DNA of 64,000 nt, from NCBI GenBank assembly GCA_963675295.2, contig CAXXKJ010000002.1, positions 2,688,001-2,752,000 of the forward strand. The letters are read 5' to 3'. The position numbers and the translations under genes are program-made. The stretch comes from a bacterium (GTDB lineage: Bacteria; Electryoneota; Electryoneia; Electryoneales; Electryoneaceae). Below, one piece after another: positions 59,276-64,000 of the stretch. Below the pieces are notes generated by a model. That model had not been told where the DNA came from. It saw only the letters and a program-made list of their open reading frames with translations, and ran no database searches. Position 1 is the stretch's first letter. Every line of letters begins with the position of its first letter.

Positions 59276-59718
59276 GATAGCTTCCGAACCTCCTCGGTAA
59301 ATTCGCCAGCGTCTTCGAACCGGCGGTACACGGATGCGTAACGGATGTAGGCGACTTCGTCGATCTTTTTCAGCTCGTCCATCACAATCAGGCCGATGTC
59401 GCGGCTGTTGACATCCTTGGTGGCCTGAGAATGGAGAATGGATTCGACGCGGTCGGTAATCTGGTCGAGCTGCGCCATGGTCATCGGGCGCTTGATGCTG
59501 GCCAGACGGATACCATTGAGCAACTTGTTGCGGTCGTATTCCTCGAGGCTGCCGTCACGTTTGATGACTTGCAACCCCAACCGCTCGACGGCTTCACGGG
59601 TCGTGAACCGGCGTCCGCACTCATCGCAGTGCCGACGTCTCCGGATCGACTTCTCGTCCTTTGATGGACGGCTGTCGATCACCTTGTTGTTGAGACTGCC
59701 ACAAAATGGACAGCGCAT
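59272..59718 (-). CDS. nrdR: Transcriptional repressor NrdR
   Basis: MRCPFCG...KVIDSR...IRRRRHCDECGRRFTT.E, ATP cone, DEVAYIRYASVYR. Confidence 0.97.
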   Translation of the reverse strand: MRCPFCGSLNNKVIDSRPSKDEKSIRRRRHCDECGRRFTTREAVERLGLQVIKRDGSLEEYDRNKLLNGIRLASIKRPMTMAQLDQITDRVESILHSQATKDVNSRDIGLIVMDELKKIDEVAYIRYASVYRRFEDAGEFTEEVRKLS

Positions 59719-59773
59719 AGTACCCGCGTAGCGTTGCGAGTCCTCTTTCCCCCGTGGACTCGGCGTGTTCTTC

Positions 59774-59948
59774 ATGCGACAAGTGTCACAAACCAACTCA
59801 GCCGTTATGCAGTTACAGCGATAACCGGCTTATTCACGTTCGCTAACAATCCGCCGCAAGTAAAACCAGAACTGTTGTTGCAGCGATACAGCCTTACTTA
59901 TGAACGCTAACAGGGTTGAAAAAGCGGACCTCGTGACACCGTTCACGT
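59774..59948. promoter_or_regulatory. Two Rex-like operators upstream of nrdR-rnf
   Basis: ATGCGACAAGTGTCACAA (59774-59791) and TCGTGACACCGTTCACGT (59931-59948). Confidence 0.45.
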
Positions 59949-59956
59949 AAAGCTAC

Positions 59957-59991
59957 AAAAGAAGCTCGCCCACATCTATTGTTGGGCGAGC
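59957..59991 (-). terminator. Intrinsic terminator after glyA
   Basis: GCTCGCCCA...TGGGCGAGC stem followed by TTCTTTT on the minus strand. Confidence 0.8.
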
Positions 59992-60009
59992 CTTACAGAT
60001 AGCTGCTTC

Positions 60010-61338
60010 TTACCACGCAAAATGCGGGAAGCCGGACGCCATCTCCTTGACTTCCTCACGCACCGCGCGGTGCATCTCCTTGTCCTCGACATCGGACAGC
60101 ACGCGATCGATCCAGGCGGCGATTTTCTTCATCTCGTCCGAGCCCATGCCGCGTGTCGTCAACGCCGGCGTTCCGATACGGATGCCGGAGGTGACGAACG
60201 GGCTCTTCTGGTCGCCCGGCACCATGTTCTTGTTCGTGGTGATACCGGATCGGACCAATGCCAACTCGGACGCCTTGCCGGTCAGATCCTTCGGCGACAG
60301 ATCGATCAGCATCAGGTGGTTGTCGGTGCCGTCGGAAACCAGCTTGAAGCCAAGCCGCATCAGTTCGTCGGCGAGCGTTTTCGCGTTGTCGACGACCTGC
60401 TTCATGTACGTCTTGAATTCCGGCTTCAGCGCTTCCTTGAACGCGACCGCCTTGCCCGCGATGACGTGCATCAATGGTCCACCCTGCAGGCCCGGGAAGG
60501 TGACGGAATCGATCGCTTCCGGAACCGTCTTCGGCTTCGGCGGCATGCCCTCGAGGAAGATCTCGCCCTCTTCGAAACTGGAGAGGACCAACCCGCCACG
60601 CGGACCGCGCAGGGTCTTGTGCGTGGTGGAGGTGACGGCGTGCGCGAACGGCAGTGGATCCGGGTGCAGGCCCGCTGCGACCAATCCGGCGAAGTGCGCC
60701 ATGTCGGCCAGCAGATACGCTCCGACCTCATCCGCGATCTCACGGAACTTCTCGAAGTCCCAGAATCGTGGGTAGGCAGACGCGCCGGTGACGATCAGCT
60801 TCGGCTTGACCTCACGTGCCAGCTTGGCGATGGAGTCCATGTCGAGCCGTCCGGTGTCCATGTTCAGCTCGTACGGGTGGACGTCGTAGAAGCGGCCGGA
60901 TACGTTGACCGGGCTGCCGTGCGTCAGATGGCCACCGTGGTTCAGATGCAGTCCCATGATGGGGATTTTCTTTCCCCCATCCGCGAACGGATGCACCAAC
61001 GCGAAGTACACCGCCTGATTCGCCTGGGAGCCGCTGTGCGGCTGAACGTTCGCCCATTTGGCGCCGAACAGCTCGCAGGCACGGTCACGCGCCAGGTCTT
61101 CCGCCACATCGACGAACTTGCAGCCGCCGTAGTACCGCTTCTTCGGGTAGCCTTCGGCGTACTTGTTCGTCATCACCGAACCCACCGCCTGCTGCACGGC
61201 CGGGCTGACGATATTCTCGCTGGCGATCAGTTCCAGGGTATTGGTCTGACGGTCGGTTTCGAGCTGAATCGCTTCCGCGATTTCGGGATCGAAATCCCTG
61301 ACGGCGTCGATGGAAGGAATGGCGTGCTTGTCGGCCAT
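60010..61338 (-). CDS. glyA: Serine hydroxymethyltransferase
   Basis: [62 protein letters not shown]. Confidence 0.98.
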   Translation of the reverse strand: MADKHAIPSIDAVRDFDPEIAEAIQLETDRQTNTLELIASENIVSPAVQQAVGSVMTNKYAEGYPKKRYYGGCKFVDVAEDLARDRACELFGAKWANVQPHSGSQANQAVYFALVHPFADGGKKIPIMGLHLNHGGHLTHGSPVNVSGRFYDVHPYELNMDTGRLDMDSIAKLAREVKPKLIVTGASAYPRFWDFEKFREIADEVGAYLLADMAHFAGLVAAGLHPDPLPFAHAVTSTTHKTLRGPRGGLVLSSFEEGEIFLEGMPPKPKTVPEAIDSVTFPGLQGGPLMHVIAGKAVAFKEALKPEFKTYMKQVVDNAKTLADELMRLGFKLVSDGTDNHLMLIDLSPKDLTGKASELALVRSGITTNKNMVPGDQKSPFVTSGIRIGTPALTTRGMGSDEMKKIAAWIDRVLSDVEDKEMHRAVREEVKEMASGFPHFAW

Positions 61339-61438
61339 GGCTGTGCCTCTGCGCTAATCATTTCACGAATTGGCACAAAATATACGGCATCGCGCGAGCA
61401 AAAACGAGGTCGCCCTCTCAGGGGTGAAACAACGGACT

Positions 61439-61638
61439 TGAGATCTGAGATGTGAGATGTGAGATGTGAGATGTGAGATGTGAGAAGCTAGATCCGAAGA
61501 ACAAATAGACTCTCGTTGATCATCAAGAGTCTTACTTGCAATACGTGTATCACGTCTCGACACAAGTGGTCGTTGATGCTTTCGTCATAGAGCGTGACTT
61601 TGTGTTTGTCTCATATCTCATGTCTCATATCTCACATC
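61439..61638. repeat. Inverted heptamer arrays (TGAGATG)n ... (TRTCTCA)n flanking a ~120-bp spacer
   Basis: Seven units at 61439-61487 and four-plus units at 61607-61638. Confidence 0.88.
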
Positions 61639-61642
61639 CATA

Positions 61643-62089
61643 TTAACAATCCTTTGCCTTGATCAGGCCGACACGCTGTTCATGGCGTCCGGTGCCGGGC
61701 TCAGTGGTCAGCCAGCCGTGGACTGCGGCCCATGCAGTATCTGGGTGGGTCGTGCGTCCGCCGAGTGCGAGCATGTTGGCGTGGTTGTGTTCGGCGGCCA
61801 GCCTGCCCTCTTCCTCGCTGTTCACCTTGGCGCAGTAGACACCGTGCACCTTGTTCGCGGCGATGGACATGCCGATACCGGTCCCGCAGACCAGAATTCC
61901 GTGCGAGAATTCGCCGGATGCGACTTTCTTGGCCGCCTCGAACGCGTAGTCCGGGTAATTGACGCTGTCGGTGGTATGCGTGCCGAGGTCGGTGACATCG
62001 TACCCGGCGTCGCGGAGGCGTGAAACGAGTTCGTTTTTCAGGTCGATGCCGCCGTGATCCGAGGCGATGACGAGTTTATCGCTAGCCAT
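61643..62089 (-). CDS. rpiB: Ribose-5-phosphate isomerase B
   Basis: IASDHGG, VNYPD, LVCGTGIGMSIAANK, HNHANMLALGGR, GRH..R. Start MASDK. Confidence 0.96.
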   Translation of the reverse strand: MASDKLVIASDHGGIDLKNELVSRLRDAGYDVTDLGTHTTDSVNYPDYAFEAAKKVASGEFSHGILVCGTGIGMSIAANKVHGVYCAKVNSEEEGRLAAEHNHANMLALGGRTTHPDTAWAAVHGWLTTEPGTGRHEQRVGLIKAKDC

Positions 62090-62110
62090 GAGGTATCTCG
62101 CGTCTAAGAG

Positions 62111-62191
62111 GGGACACTTTGTCCTCAAAGTGTCCCTGAGTGTTTTATGTTGCTACCGGGGACACTTTCGGAGAAAGTGTCCCCGGTAGCA
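62111..62191. repeat. Two REP-like palindromes, GGGACACTT family
   Basis: GGGACACTTTG-tcct-CAAAGTGTCCC (62111-62136) and TGCTACCGGGGACACTTTC-gga-GAAAGTGTCCCCGGTAGCA (62151-62191). Confidence 0.85.
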
Positions 62192-62233
62192 TATCTTTGC
62201 CCGTTTCGCTGTCTGAATTTCAGCGTCAATGAT

Positions 62234-62262
62234 AAACGGGCTGCCAGCATGCGGCAGCCCGT
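62234..62262 (-). terminator. Probable intrinsic terminator after the TPR gene
   Basis: ACGGGCTGCC/GGCAGCCCGT stem with a short U-tract. Confidence 0.6.
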
Positions 62263-62292
62263 GATACGATCAGATCATGCGAAACCCTGCTG

Positions 62293-63606
62293 CTAGCCGG
62301 CGAACTGGCTGAGGTAAGTTTCGATGTACTTGGTCTCGGACCAGGACGCGTTGATCCAGCTATAGCAGCCCTTCGACGGCATCTTCTTCGTCTGGTTCAG
62401 GAACCAGTCAGCCTTCTGCGGGGCGAACTGCTTCATGTATTCAACGCGGCTGACGGCTTTGCCCTTGATGTTGTAATCATCGCTCGCCGCTGCCTTTTCG
62501 AACAGGCCCAGGGCGATGGTGTACACGAGCTTATCGTCGTACTCAAGGCCACCGGCGGAGCATTCGTCGCCGGCCGATTCGTAGGTCAGACCGAGGATGT
62601 AGTCAGCTTCGCCGACACTGCCGCCGGCGTTCTTCGCCTTGTTGACCCAGGTGCGGGCGGAACTGAAGCGACCCAGCAGACGCTGGTTGTCGGCGATTCG
62701 CAGCATCGCGTCGCCATTGCCCGGATCCTTCGCGAGCAGGGCTTCATAGGTCGCGATCGACTGGTCGAGCTGGTTGAGGTTATCGTACGCCTTCGCCTTG
62801 GCGCGGTACACCTCGATCCTGGTCGCATCACGCATCAGGATTTCGTCCGCCTGCTCGATCACCTTCTGGTTCTGGCTCTGGTCCTGGTAGGCACGCAGCA
62901 GATCCATCCGCTTCTGCATGTCGTCCGGGTTCGACACGATTTCTTCTTCAAGACGGGTGATGTATTCCGCCGGGTCACGGTGCATGCGAACCAGCGCGGT
63001 TAGAGAATTTTTTGCGCCAGTGTCATCCGGGGCGATACTCAACAGGGATTCGTACGCGGAGATGGCAGCTTCGGGATCCTGGAGCGCTTCGTGCAGCTCG
63101 GCCTTCTTGCGCAGATACTCGATGCGGTCAGTATCAGAGATGTCGCCTTCGAGCGCCTTGTCATAGTGCAGCAGAGCGGTCTCGTATTCACCCTTCGCCT
63201 TGAGGATGAAGCCGTAGGTGGCGTTCAGGAAGGGGTCGGCCGGGTGCTTGTCGAGACCCTGCTCGAGCACGATCTGGGCGCTGTCCGGCTGGCCAAGTTC
63301 CATGTAGATCTGGTAGAGACGGTCCCAGTCGTTGTACTGGTCCTTGACATCAAGGTCGATCACCGTCCACAGGTAGTCCTTCGCATCTTCCCACTGCTGT
63401 GCCTTGAGCTTGTCGTACGCGAACATGCGCGCCTTCTTCAGCTCAAATTCGTTTGCCTTGGCAATGGAATCCTGGCGTGCCGCGAGTTCTTCCGGCGTGG
63501 GTTCACGCACGACTTCAGTCGCCGCGCAGCCCATCAGCAGCATCGTCCCTGCAATCAGCAGCAGCATCAGCGCTGTCACCAAGGTTCGCATCTTCATCGT
63601 TGCCAT
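62293..63606 (-). CDS. TPR-repeat lipoprotein
   Basis: Lipobox LMGC; many TPR repeats; C-terminal YDDKLVY..A...FEKA. Confidence 0.87.
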   Translation of the reverse strand: MATMKMRTLVTALMLLLIAGTMLLMGCAATEVVREPTPEELAARQDSIAKANEFELKKARMFAYDKLKAQQWEDAKDYLWTVIDLDVKDQYNDWDRLYQIYMELGQPDSAQIVLEQGLDKHPADPFLNATYGFILKAKGEYETALLHYDKALEGDISDTDRIEYLRKKAELHEALQDPEAAISAYESLLSIAPDDTGAKNSLTALVRMHRDPAEYITRLEEEIVSNPDDMQKRMDLLRAYQDQSQNQKVIEQADEILMRDATRIEVYRAKAKAYDNLNQLDQSIATYEALLAKDPGNGDAMLRIADNQRLLGRFSSARTWVNKAKNAGGSVGEADYILGLTYESAGDECSAGGLEYDDKLVYTIALGLFEKAAASDDYNIKGKAVSRVEYMKQFAPQKADWFLNQTKKMPSKGCYSWINASWSETKYIETYLSQFAG

Positions 63607-63640
63607 CTCCCCATCCGTATCGTTCTGCTACACGTGTTGT

Positions 63641-64000
63641 TTATCTTTGCCGCCGAACAAACCAGCGTTCGGTCGAGCTGATCCCGATCTGAATCCCGTA
63701 GATCCGTTCTTTTGCGAGGTTGTCGTTGACCGTACCGCGCATGTCGTAGGTCAACGCAAATTCGAAGACGCCCCGGCCATATGCAATCGGCATGCCGAGA
63801 CCGACAGCGGCGCCGTAGGTATACAACGGATTTCCGCCAGCTTTAACATAATGCTGCTGATAGCGTAATCCAGCCCGGAAGGTCGCCTCTTCATACCACG
63901 GAACCAATGGCTCTCTGAGCGGGATGCGTTCAAACCCGAGTCCGACGTTGATGCTGTTGTCGTACTCGAATTCGCTCGCGATGGAATGTTCGCTGTCTTT
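63641..64000 (-). CDS. Outer-membrane beta-barrel protein (FadL-like), C-terminal part; 5' end outside the window
   Basis: Alternating beta strands FRAGLRY, GLGMP, ending E.WF.RR; this barrel-TPR pairing is typical of FCB bacteria. Confidence 0.75.
   Translation of the reverse strand, partial: KDSEHSIASEFEYDNSINVGLGFERIPLREPLVPWYEEATFRAGLRYQQHYVKAGGNPLYTYGAAVGLGMPIAYGRGVFEFALTYDMRGTVNDNLAKERIYGIQIGISSTERWFVRRQR

Noticed and set aside
59968-59984. NrdR-box-like sequence CCACATCTATTG upstream of nrdR
   Set aside because: It falls within the stem-loop of the glyA terminator and is a poor match.

Overview
A GC-rich bacterial chromosomal segment, mostly core genes on the minus strand. Gene content and synteny suggest an FCB-superphylum lineage (inference): LytR_C-rsfS, N-terminal-only GlmU, short NuoG, a DUF4295/bL38-like small protein, and an outer-membrane barrel next to a TPR lipoprotein. 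Left part: uppS, mtnA, pfkB, argS, rsfS, panBC, mnmA, iscS, rdgB, deoB, an ECF sigma/anti-sigma pair, holA and a heterodimeric ABC exporter. Middle, plus strand: a GT2-flippase-GT2-deacetylase-GT2 operon (probable amino-glycolipid pathway), proline dehydrogenase, RidA, a PHP hydrolase, a PilZ protein and adenosine deaminase. Right part: a complete 14-gene nuoA-N operon directly downstream of an nrdR-rnfCDGEAB operon, then glyA and rpiB. Best leads: (1) a ~200-nt structured RNA candidate with three ECF-type GGAAC promoter motifs between the ECF sigma and its anti-sigma; (2) RnfD with a ~260-aa N-terminal charged-repeat extension; (3) the HexSDF-like glycolipid operon; (4) three palindromic REP-like families, heptamer repeats and two AT-rich orphan genes in intergenic gaps of nuo/rnf; (5) Rex-like boxes ahead of nuo, rnf and a ferritin-like gene. 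No tRNA, rRNA, CRISPR array or intact transposase was recognised. All pairings and motifs were read by eye; no folding or database search was run.
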